A stretch of 63,677 nt of DNA, filler included, from Fonticula-like sp. SCN 57-25 (taxonomy: Eukaryota), in NCBI GenBank assembly GCA_001724245.1. It is 9 parts of 9 records of this genome, joined end to end, with 100 filler letters (N's around TTAATTAATTAA, not from the genome) between each part and the next. Parts side by side here need not be neighbours in the genome. Positions count along the whole stretch, not along the records: positions 13,204 to 19,697 come from MEDX01000442.1; positions 19,798 to 26,296 come from MEDX01000443.1; 7 more parts are not named here. One strand, given 5' to 3'. The notes under the pieces were generated by a model. The model ran no database searches. It saw only the letters and a program-made list of their open reading frames with translations, and was not told where the DNA came from. Both the position numbers and the translations under genes were made by a program. This document shows, in pieces, positions 13,204-24,015 of this stretch (the stretch's first letter is position 1; each line of letters begins with the position of its first letter).

Positions 13204-13796
13204 TGAAAAGGTGAGCGGGCTGGGTCCGAATGACGTTGTTTTTGTGGAGGGATGCGCGCTGGTGGATCACCCGGAGCTGATGCAGAGGATCAAGGCGCTT
13301 GTAGTGTTGGAGATCACGCGGGAGGAGGCGAGGAGAAGGAGAGAGACGAGAGTGTGGAGACCAGACGCAGTCGATGGTGCGTATTAAGTATTGATGTCTA
13401 TTAATATGTAATTTGTGCGTTGTTATGAGAAATTTTACTCTTTTTTGATGCTTTTCATTGACAGATGTCGGTTTTAATTGCTGATGTGAATGTCATTGAA
13501 CACACTTTTTTAATGTCTTTGACTGTATATTATACCATTTTTTATCCTTTTTCATGTTTATTTGCGCTTTTTTACTGTTTTTTTCTTAATTATTAACGTT
13601 AATTTTCCACTTTACTTGTGCAGATCCGCCAAACTATTATGACGAGTTTGTGTGGCCAGCGCATCTTGCACGTGAGAGCGCACTACTCAACTGCGGGATA
13701 GAGAGGCGGCTTGTGCTGGACGGGACTGCGCCGCTTCCTGAACTCGTCGCCAAAGTGGAGCAGTTTGTGATGTCATTGTTGCAGCATGCGCAGTGA
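13204..13796 (+). CDS. Nicotinamide riboside kinase-like, 5'-partial, one intron
   Basis: VFVEG...ARRRRETR then, after the intron at about 13377-13623, DPPNYYDEFVWP, matching the NRK1 DPPxY(F/Y)DxxVWP motif. Confidence 0.75.
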
Positions 13797-13921
13797 CAAT
13801 CACGATGATCATCGTTGTACAACAGAAGAAATTTGGCGGGAAAGTATGAGTGTTGCTTGTGTTGCTATTTTGTGTATTAAGCAACATTATAATACAGTAT
13901 AAATAAGGATTAAGTATGAAA

Positions 13922-13998
13922 AATGGACTGAATATGGGCCGAAACTATACTGAATTTTGACTGAATTCGAGCCGAATACAGTCTAAATATTAACCGAA
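13922..13998. repeat. Degenerate 11-bp-period array, 7 units ending (A/G)C(T/C)GAA
   Basis: aatggactgaa tatgggccgaa actatactgaa ttttgactgaa ttcgagccgaa tacagtctaaa tattaaccgaa. Confidence 0.8.
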
Positions 13999-14247
13999 TA
14001 TTGGCGGTACTGATGATCATCAATGTAAAAAGATCCCTGTAGCTCCATATAAACTAAAAGTAAATATTAAACAAGGCTGGATACAGTAGATAGTAGACAG
14101 ACTATATCGCACAAGGGCGCTATGTTTACACCCACATTCACACAAGGGGCACATCATTCAATATGGCCCAATATGAGACTGCAATCTGCTGACAGTTCAT
14201 CTTCTGACACGGCCAACGATGAAGGTTGCGCGACGTCAGAGTTAACC

Positions 14248-16175
14248 ATGGCGGCCGTCCACCGGTCGCTGTGGCGCATCGCCGTTGTGGGACTGTGCGT
14301 GACACTTCTCGCCGACATCTTTCGCAAGCTCTGTCTTTCGTTCGATGACATTGATGCCCTGCTCGGCATTGTCAACATCCCGCTCGCCAATCATGTCACG
14401 CGCCTGACACCGAGCCAGGTCATCCTTCTCGTCGTCTTTTTGAGCCTTTTCACCGTCCTCGCAGTGTCCAGCATTATCGGCGCGCGCCACGATGCGCCCA
14501 TTCTACCCGCCGCACTCCCCGATGACTATGAAAAAGGCTCCCTACCCTCGGGATCCGATCACGATCACGCCCCCCCCCCGCACTCTTCCATCCTCTCGCG
14601 CTCCGTCAGCGAGAGCGATGCGCTGCGCAAGAGCGTCCTATTCGGCGCCGTCCTCCTCCTCTTCTACCTCACCGACGGCTCGCACGATCTCTCCGTCCAA
14701 ACATCCCCCCGCATCTACGATCGCGATCTCTTCTTCTTCGTCTGCCTCATCGTGCTCGCCATCGCCTTCCTCACGCTCCGCCCGACCTCCGCCAACACCA
14801 CATCCATCCTAAACCGCGAGCAAACCGAAGAATGGAAAGGCTACATGCAGATCGCCTTTGTCCTGTACCACTACTTTGCCGCCAAAGAAGCCTACAATCT
14901 GATCCGCGTCTTCATCGCCTGCTACGTCTGGCTCACCGGCTATGGCAATTTTTCCTACTTTATCACACAAAAAGACTATTCATTTGTCCGCTTTTTCAAA
15001 ATATTTGTCCGCCTAAACTTTCTCGTCTTTTTCGTCGCGCTCGCACTCGATCGCGACTACATGCTCTACTACGTGTGCCCGCTGCACACCTTTTACTTTC
15101 TCACCGTCTACGCGCACATGGCCATTTTTCCCAGCCTAAACCCAAGTCCCTTTTGGATGCGCCTCAAGTTCCTTGTTCACTTTTGCCTTTTAGTGGTCCT
15201 TTTTGAGGTCCCAGGCGTCTTTCAAGCCACGTGGGCGCCATTCGCCCCACTTTTATCTATCGAAAACAGCCTCCACGAATGGCACTTTCGCGCCTCGCTC
15301 GACCACTTTGCGTGCCTCGCCGGCATGCTCGCAGCCCACTTTTTCCCTACAATAGAAGGTCACGTGACATCACTTGAAGAAAGGGCGCCCGCAAGGACGC
15401 AAGTGATGGTCAAAGTGGCGATCGGTGTGGCAGCGTCGGCTGTTTTGATTGGCTGGGGCGTGTGGGCGATGACGATAGATAAGTATGAGTATAATAGGGT
15501 GCATCCGTATACGTCTGTGGTGCCGATTGGGGCGTTTGTGGTGTTGAGGAATGTGTCAAAGACGGCCAGGGGATACGTACGCAGGAGGGATGAAGGGGAA
15601 GTTGGAATATAGTGAAGAAGATATGTGGATGGAATGATTGTTATTGTGGTTGTTTAATGAAGTATTATTCCTTTTTGTGGTTGTTTAATGATGTATTATT
15701 TTGGTTGTTTAGTGATTAATTATTACTTTTTTTGGTTGTTCAATTTGAATAGATATATTTTATTTGGTTATTCAGTGATAAATTATTACTTTTTGACTGT
15801 TTACAGTTCATATTAACTCCTTTTCCACCCCTTTCTTACCCCTTTTACTCACTTTCCCTTTTCTCTCAGGTCCTCGGCGCCTTCCAGTGGTCCGGCCGCA
15901 TCACCCTCGAAACCTACGTCATCCAATTCCACCTCTGGCTCACCGACGACGCCAAATCCCGCCTCATATTCCTTACAGGTTACCCACTACTCAACTTTTG
16001 CCTTGCCAGTGCACTTTACTTGGCAATATCTTCACTCATATTTGATTGTACGACAGCGATCAGTGATGCGATCTTGCCGAGATCGATCTCGACGAGGAGT
16101 GTTTTGGAGAGAGGGGTGCTGGTGGGGTGTGCGTGGGGGGCGGCCGTGGCGGTGATTGGAATGGTGAGGGAGTGA
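14248..16175 (+). CDS. Cas1p/RWA-family multi-pass O-acetyltransferase membrane protein
   Basis: LNREQTEEWKGYMQ, YNLIRVFIACYVWLTGYGNF, YYVCPLHT, EWHFRASLDH, HPYTS. After intron 15577-15869: GRITLETYVIQFHLWL. The start could be further upstream (14122 or about 14173). Confidence 0.9.
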
Positions 16176-16491
16176 CTGGGGGTGTGTGATTGGTTGGTTG
16201 GGTGAATGGTGGGTTGTGATTGGTTGATGATGATGGTATATTGGTTATCATTGGTACTTTATGACCATTGATGTCTTATTGAATATACTTTTGGGTCTTG
16301 TTGGTGAATATGACTCGATGCTTATTGGTTGATGATGACCGTTTCATGATCCTTATTGGATAATATGAGCCATTTCATGTTCCTTATTGGTTGTTTTTTT
16401 GACCTTTTTCTTATTACTTTTCAAATGTGATCATGGGGTTTGATTCATAATAGAATTATATTATACAATATGTGCAGTAAAAGTACAAATG

Positions 16492-17698
16492 TTATGCTCT
16501 CTGTGTCATCTTGCGCGGCCGCGTATGTCCACTATCCTCGTCAGCCTGGAATAGAACACGATTCACAACAGATATTGGAATGTCATTGAGTGGCGCCACA
16601 CGCTCGTCCTTGCGCGGTATTTGCGCGGCAAAGTCAGTCACGACCGTTGCGTGTTCATCTTTAACACACAAAAGTGAATATAAAATGAATATAAAATGAA
16701 TATAAAATGAATGTAAAATGAATGTAAAATGAATATAAAGTGAATATAAAAGTGCGCACCTGTGATAGAGTAGATTGATTGAAGGGGCGGCGTGTTGTAT
16801 AGATTGACGAAAAAGGAGGCGACAAAGACAAAGAGGGCGAGAAAGATGACGTAAGCGGGTGTCGCGACGGCCCACCATCTATTAATAGAGCGTTAGTATA
16901 CAGTGAGAATGATAGGTCTATAAATAGACTGGCGTACTTGTTGGGAAAGTAGACAAGGCCGAATTCGGTGAGGGTGTCGTCGTCGACATAGGCCCACACG
17001 ACAAAACAGACTAAAAAAGGTTTGTTAGCACACAAAAAAGGCCTTAAATTGAACGAAAAAGGCAAAAAACATGCTTGTAGACGTACCAAAACCGATAATT
17101 GATAACAAATACATGACAAAGCCGTATACTTCGAGCTCGGCGGGCCCGCCCGTCTCCACCGGCACGGGATCTGCTGCCTGCGTTGCTGCCGCAAAGTAGC
17201 CGCTGCCGTGCGACGGCTGGAGCATGGGCGACTGCGGCGTGCTTGATGACGACGACAGCGACGAGTCGATGTGCGCGAACGAAAAGGATCGCGTTGCTTT
17301 TAGGGGGATCGGCGCGATGGGCGGGCGATGAGGGGGGATCGGCGGGGGGGATCGATGTAGAGGAGCGGACGTGTCATTGTCGGAGCTCTCGTCGCTCTCA
17401 TTGACTTCAAGGATGGAAGGCTCAGAGGCAGAGCCGAGCGAGCTGTAAACAAACGCGTTAGTGAGAGGCAGCGGGATGCAATCTTGCAGCGTACGTGATG
17501 GTCAAGCTGCTCGACCGACGATGCATCGGCTTGAAAAAGTATGGCAAGTTGGCGGCGGGCGACGACGCTAGATTGGTCGATGAATTGACGCGGCGCATGC
17601 TTTTAAAGTCACGTAAGTAAACACTCTTAAGTCGCACACAAGGGCATCACGTACACGACCTCATGGTGCAGGCCCTTGCCGCCCGGCGGCGTCGACAT
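16492..17698 (-). CDS. PIGP: GPI-GlcNAc transferase subunit PIG-P/Gpi19 with Ser-rich N-terminal extension, multi-exon
   Basis: EVYGFVMYL, WAYVDDDTL..GLVYFPNK, PLNDIPISVVNRVLF. Upstream exons link in frame through GT-AG introns to the ATG at 17698. Confidence 0.85.
16675..16751. repeat. Intronic tandem repeat (TGAATRTAAAA) x7, 11-bp unit
   Basis: Directly visible tandem array inside a PIG-P intron. Confidence 0.95.
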
Positions 17699-17848
17699 CC
17701 CGTCGGGTAGTTTGCAGTTTGCGCCGGTCGAGCTCGTGTGTGATTGGTCAATGGGATCCAGCGCACCAATCAGGAGCCGCCAAAATCGTCGAATGGAATG
17801 AAACGTGTGTTTGTCTGGCGCATAGCTGCGCGGCTCTAGTCAGCGGCC

Positions 17849-19182
17849 ATGGTACGCGCGGGGGACGCGCCGGCGGAGCGGCAAAGCTGACGCAATGTGT
17901 GAATTAGGGTGACAAAATGAAGCGCGTGAAAAAGTCGTACACGTACAACGTGATGGTTGCAGGTACTTTTTCCGCTCATGGTTTGCGCATTGGTGTTCTC
18001 ACCCCTGTGCGCTAGGCGGATCGGGTCTGGGCAAGACGACGTTCCTGCGCTCGCTCGGCCTCGAGTTTGACATGGTGCCGTCGGATGATCTCGCGCCTCG
18101 CCAGCTTGGCTACGAGGATCAGTTGAAGGTGTACACCAAGGAGGTGGACTACGATCGCCGCAAGATCGTCCTCTCGTTCATCGACACGCCCGGGTACGGC
18201 GATCACCAGGACAACAATGGCGTGATCAAGCTCGTGAGCGACTATGTCGAGAAGCAGTTCAAGGCGTTCCTGAAGGAGGAGTCGCGCATTCAGCGTAACG
18301 CGCAGTTCCTCGACACACGTGTGCACTGCATCCTCTACTTTGTCAACCCGAACGGGCACTGGTACGTGCTCTGATCCCGCAGAAGCTGAGCAGCGTGCTG
18401 ATGAGGGTGATGCTATGTAGTTTGACGCTGCCGGACCTTGAGTTCCTCAACTCGGTGGGCAAGATGGCCAATGTGATCCCGGTGATCGGCAAGGCCGACT
18501 CGATGGCCGTCGACGAACTCGTCGCATTCAAGAAAAAGGTACGAGTGAAACTGCATGTAATGTTGCTATTTAGTATTAGAATGTGTTTTCTATTAAATAT
18601 TTTACGTCTCTTTTGAAATTTTGCTGACATTTTCCCGGTTAGATCATGAAGCAGATCGACGATGAGCGGATCCCGATCTTTGACTTTCCCTACAACAGCG
18701 ATCTCGACGAGGACATTATCAAGGAGAACAATGCGCTTGAGGCCATGCTTCCTTTTGCCATTGTCTCGAGCGACAAAAAGATTGAGAGCAACGGCGAGAT
18801 GGTGTACGGCCGCAAGTACCAGTGGGGCGTCGTCGACAGTACGCCCTCTACTCTACAACTTTACTGTTGAATTAACCTGGAATGGACAGTCCATAATCCG
18901 GAGCATTCCGACTATAGCCGTGTTCAGTCCATGCTCTTCAATAGCCACATGGACGATTTGAAAGACTTGACGAATGACGTGCACTATGAAGCGTACCGCA
19001 AGAACGATCTCATCAAGCAGGGCCACCGCGACAGCTCCATCCACGATGCCGCCGCGGCATCGCACGACGAGTCGGGCAGCGACGCGCACGAGGACGACGC
19101 GGGCGCGCGCTCGGCGACGGCGCTGAAGAAAAAGAGCATGCGGCAGAGATCATCTAATACGCTCCATGTGCCGCAGCACTGA
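17849..19182 (+). CDS. Septin, multi-exon
   Basis: NVMVAGGSGLGKTT, IDTPGYGD, DTRVHCILYF, NVIPVIGKADS, PFAIVSS, GRKYQWG, HYEAYR. Confidence 0.95.
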
Positions 19183-19797
19183 TCAGCGTGGGGGTGAAAA
19201 AGTAGGTTTCATAGTACTTTATGTTTGTTTTCGAAAACATTGCATCAATAAACGATTTACTTTGGGATTCATGTGTATTTTGTGCACGTATCCGCGTCTA
19301 TTTCATGCGTAATACTAGCCGAAAAGAGGACGCAAAACAAGCTCAAACTACTTTGCTCAGATCCGTGGAAACAATAAACGTTTGTATCGCTCGTATGGTA
19401 ATATACAGTCGTGGTAATGCTGATTTCGTGATTATATTGCAATCCTAACTATTCGAACGCGACTGATATACTGCACTATAACTACTCATACACACGCCTC
19501 CCATGCCCATGTTAGCCATTGGAAGCTGTCGACATCACTATGGCAACAAATAGCGCGGCGATTGAAGGGGCGGCCGATGAAGAGGATGACCCGCCGGATG
19601 GATAGGATGCGCCTTCAATGTACACGCTGTAGGGGGAAACCGATTGACCATTCTGCGCAGTGCATGAAAAGATCGGATATTCAGTTGTAACGCAACCNNN
19701 NNNNNNNNNNNNNNNNNNNNNNNNNNNNNNNNNNNNNNNNNTTAATTAATTAANNNNNNNNNNNNNNNNNNNNNNNNNNNNNNNNNNNNNNNNNNNN

Positions 19798-20162
19798 CTC
19801 GCCACACCATGCTCAGCCGCTTTTGCGAGCCGCTGATTCAACGCGCTCTCTCGGGGTTCGCTAACTACCTCTTTACTAAAATTGATCTGGCAGCGCCGAA
19901 TGAGCGCGCCGCCATTGCAGATCTGCGCGTACGCTTTTCCAAGCTCATGGAGCCGCTTCCCCCAGTTCGGATGTGCGAAATTAACGAATTAGCACGCCTA
20001 TTGGGAGATATTAAAGTGGCGACTCCGGCGGTCTCCAAGTCAAGTTCAGTCACTTCCTCAAGCGTCATGCGAGTTCTTTCCGACACGTATACACTGATCA
20101 AACAAGCTCGGATTCTTTCAACGTTTCGAATCGCACTCAATAGAAAGCTGGAGGAGAGCTAG
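19798..20162 (+). CDS. 3' fragment of an unidentified helical protein
   Basis: 117-aa ORF next to the contig edge; no motif recognised. Confidence 0.45.
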
Positions 20163-20766
20163 GCAAACAAGTTCATGTTTCATCCTATCGGGAATCCATC
20201 ACTGTGACCAACGGTCCAACACAGGCACATATCAAATCGGAAAATCAAATGGTCAACCAACGTCCGGTAAAGCGATCACCGCATGTTGAACAAAGGCGGG
20301 GCATCACACGTTGTGCCATTACCGTCTTTAAAATGTTGTCGCCAGCCATGTATGAAAAATCTCGTCGAAAAGAGGGCCTCGGAAAGTGTTCAAGGACAAG
20401 CTGTTTGCCGCACCCAGGAACGTTAGCCACTGTTCAAACCGGCTCAAACAAAAGAGGCGTACGTGGTGCGGATTCCCAGCCTCGGGTCCCCTTCACGACG
20501 TTGAATTTCAGAGCGAACATCAGGCCACCACGCATCTGCTGCAAAACGACCACTGTCGGCTACTACGAACAGCGGCCAGAAAACAAAGACCCGCGGGCGG
20601 CTCGCGAAAGAAGACGACAGGTGGCAGTAATCAAGGGCCGAGTCTTGGGTATTGTGAACATTGTTGTGCCTGTCGCCTTGACCAATCACCTTCTGCAGGG
20701 CATCAAAATCCACCAATCACATCACACTGCTCAATCCAGCCCGGGCAAGACCCAGTCAAGGCAAGC

Positions 20767-21819
20767 ATGAGGTGCGCGGGGCAATGGGATGAGGCGATCT
20801 CTCTAACAGAGTTGCTTTCAGCTGTCTTACCTGCAAGGCGCCACTTCAAGTGGGCGCCAAGTTTTGCAACAACTGCGGCGCGGCTGTCGTACGTTCCCAT
20901 CTTGTCACTGTCCGCATGTCTCATGTTTGTTTCCCCGCAGGCCGCCGCTGCCTACCCCCAGGCGTACCCGGGCGCTCCCCAAGGCTACCCCGGTGGCGCT
21001 CCCCAGGGCTACCCCGGTGGCGCTCCCCCGCCGGCCTACCCCGGTGCACCTCAGGCATCGTACCCTGGTGCGCCTCAAGCCTACCCTGGCGCTCCCCCGG
21101 CATCGTATCCTGGTGCACCTCAGGCCTACCCTGGTGCACCTCAGGGCTACCCTGGCGCACCTCAGGCGTCGTACCCTGGCGCTCCCCAGGGATACCCTGG
21201 CGCTCCTCAAGCATCTTATGCCAACGCTCCTCAGGCTTACCCAGTCGCATCTGCTGCGTATCCCGGCGCACCGCCGGCATCGTACCCCGGCGCACCTCAA
21301 GGCGCGTACCCCCAGGCCTCGTACCCCGTCGGCCAGGTGAGCGTGTCTGTTCCCGGTGTTTCTGTGACGGTCCCCGGCGGCGCGCGCGTGTCGATGGGCG
21401 TCCCCGGCCTTGCCTTCACTGCCGGCGCGGTGCACGGCGCGGCGGTCTACGGCGGCAAGCACGGCAAGAAGCACGGCAAGGGCGACAAAAAGTCCAAGAA
21501 GGCGCGCAGCAAGGGCATGTGCCACGCGTGCAACGGCCTCGGCGGGCTCGGCCCCTTCGGCCCGTGCGCGCTCAACGACTTTCACTTTAAGCGCAAATGC
21601 TACTGTTGCAAGGGCAAGCGCCAGACGTCGCTCCTCAACATGTGCTACAGGTGCCAGGGCAAGGGCGGGTTCGGCACGTTTGGCCCGGACACGGTCATGA
21701 GCATGCACTACAAGACGTCGTGCAAGGACTGCAAGGGGCACGGGTACCGGAAGAGCAGCAAGCACGGGCACGGCGGATCGTCGAGCAGCTCGAGCTCGAG
21801 CTCGTCAGACTCGGACTAG
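20767..21819 (+). CDS. Zinc ribbon + YPG(A/P/Q) repeats + two DnaJ-type CxxCxGxG zinc-finger modules
   Basis: Spliced start MSCLTCKAPLQVGAKFCNNCGAAV (introns 20772-20821 and 20889-20940), then many YPG repeats and CHACNGLGG...CYCCKG / CYRCQGKGG...CKDCKGHG. Confidence 0.8.
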   Translation: MRCAGQWDEAISLTELLSAVLPARRHFKWAPSFATTAARLSYVPILSLSACLMFVSPQAAAAYPQAYPGAPQGYPGGAPQGYPGGAPPPAYPGAPQASYPGAPQAYPGAPPASYPGAPQAYPGAPQGYPGAPQASYPGAPQGYPGAPQASYANAPQAYPVASAAYPGAPPASYPGAPQGAYPQASYPVGQVSVSVPGVSVTVPGGARVSMGVPGLAFTAGAVHGAAVYGGKHGKKHGKGDKKSKKARSKGMCHACNGLGGLGPFGPCALNDFHFKRKCYCCKGKRQTSLLNMCYRCQGKGGFGTFGPDTVMSMHYKTSCKDCKGHGYRKSSKHGHGGSSSSSSSSSSDSD

Positions 21820-22090
21820 CCGCTGTGAATTGTCTTTTATGTTGTTTTGCGTCTTTTGTTTTGTGTCTTTTGTTTTACGTCTTTGAGGAATGAGCCTATG
21901 CCGCGGGCGCGAGCATCGCTGCTGCGCCGCCCCTTTAGCCTCCCTGCTGCCCATGTGCACCAGTTGTAATGCATGACCAGTTTCAATACATGTCTTTATT
22001 TCATTTATTTCAGCCCTTTATGCGCTCCCAAAGCTCATATGTTGTCCACAATGATGCCGAGAGATGCGCCCGGATGGCGTGAGATGATGC

Positions 22091-22433
22091 TCAGCACGAG
22101 TCCATGAAGCGCGCGAGCTCAATGTCGCGGACCGAGAGGCCGCTGCAGTCGTGCGTCGAGAGCGTCACCTTGACGGTGTTGTACACGTTGAACCACTCGG
22201 GGTGGTGATCCATCTTGTCCGCCTTGAGCGCGACGCGCGTCATAAAGCCAAAAGCAGCATTGAAATCGGCAAACTTGAACTCCTTTGGCAGGCATCAGCA
22301 AACGAAAATAGCAAAGAAAAGAAAGGAGCACCTTGTAAATGGCGTCGCGGTCGTTAACAAGAGTCCAGCCGTTCTGCAGAACAGCGCTCAGCTGATCGGC
22401 GCGCTCGCTTTCGGTCAGCTTCTGAACAGCCAT
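22091..22433 (-). CDS. PCBD: Pterin-4-alpha-carbinolamine dehydratase
   Basis: Spliced frame reads [56 protein letters not shown]. Confidence 0.95.
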
Positions 22434-22711
22434 GATGACGATGGTGGGTGGGTGAAACACGAATGCAGAGAAATAAGGGAGGTGGGCATCTTAATATGAA
22501 GCGCAGCCAATAAAGGCGTAAAGTGACGCTTTAATTCACGCTTTTCCCGCTTTTCCTTTCTAAAACTGCACTTTTTTGCTCATTGCACAAATATTCTCAC
22601 GTCTTTTTCAGTGTATTTTATTTTAAAATCGCGCTCTACGCTAAACGCCGGAAATAGGCAAGGCTCATCGTCGAATTATCCCCGCTCTACTCAAAAATGA
22701 ATTGAGTATGT

Positions 22712-23263
22712 TTAATAGTTGACGGAGACGAGGTAGTCCGCAAGGCCCTCAACGATGGTGTTGACGCGGCCGGGGGTCGACTTCTCGCCGTAGAGGGCAA
22801 TGAGGACGGCGGACTTGGACTTGGCGCAAATGCAGCCCTTGTTGCCCTGCGAGCAGAAAACGAGTCAGTAATGGTCCACTAAAAAATGCTTTCAAATCAA
22901 TCACACGACAGACATTGCACATGCCACAACAAAAACAATGAATAAAAAAAATATGAAAAACGTACGAGCTTGCCGTAGATGGTGCGATCCGTCGGCCGGC
23001 CGACAGAAATGTACTTGGTCTTGTTGATGAAGAGACCGTTGGCCTGGATCTTCGAGCAGTCGTCAAAGGCGGCGACAATGTTCTTGAACTCGTCGGGGGT
23101 GACCTAACCAAGCAGCGTCAGCACACGCGCGGCTCGCAGGCAAAAAGCGTACGGCGAACTTGGGGCTGGTGGCCCAGACGGAGCCATCAAGACCCATGAT
23201 GACGGCATCGGTGATCTGGCCGGTGCCAATCATGTTCGTGTCAACGTACGTCTGCCAAGACAT
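22712..23263 (-). CDS. Profilin; two coding introns plus a probable 5'UTR intron (23273-23568)
   Basis: MSWQTYVDTNMIGTGQI..GLDGSVWATS...VEGLADYL. Confidence 0.95.
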
Positions 23264-24015
23264 GATTGCGGACTAGACAAAGGCAAAGTAGGGTTAGCGA
23301 CCATGCGCCAACGGGTAATTTGACCAATTAATACAACGTGCACCACCACCTCACACCGCATGCACACACACACACAAAAGCAAACCACTGGAAATCCTGT
23401 TTTTCCTGCATGCTCACCGGATCCCGCCAACAAACGCCGTGCGGCCTCGCCCCACTCCCAAACGGTGCCCCTCTCTCTGCCCACCCCAGCACACTCCTCC
23501 GCCACGCTTACACCGGCCAGCGAGCACCTCCTCCCCTACCCAAAGTCACCCATTCCCGTCATCGCGCACCTTCTCTCTTCACAGCTGGAGGGAAAGGGAA
23601 AAAAAACACAGACGGGAAGGAAAAAGAGAAAGAGAAAAAGGAAGAACCAAATTTGGAAGGTCGCTCCTGATTGGCTGTCGTCACCGAATCCGACCAATGG
23701 GCGGTCTAGGCATCCCATCAAGATCTTGATTGGCGAATTCCTGTCTACGCGGGAATGATCACAACAATGCAGCAGCTGCTATGTTTGTTTGGCGGGCTCG
23801 CCTGATAGAGATTTTTCGCGCGCGAAAGGAAAATGCGACGGCGCACATGCAATTCACACGCACCTAGCACATTTCCTTCATTTATTGGTATTTATAATGG
23901 GTATTATAGTGTCAAAATGGGTGGTTGGTCTATTGGAATGTGTGGCAAAATTGAAGAATGTACACGAACAGAAAGTCAAATCTATCATGGCCTAGGCCCA
24001 AAAATCTCACTTTGC

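Noticed and set aside
14248-16175. Cas1 name suggesting CRISPR Cas1
   Set aside because: This is the unrelated Cas1p/RWA O-acetyltransferase membrane family.
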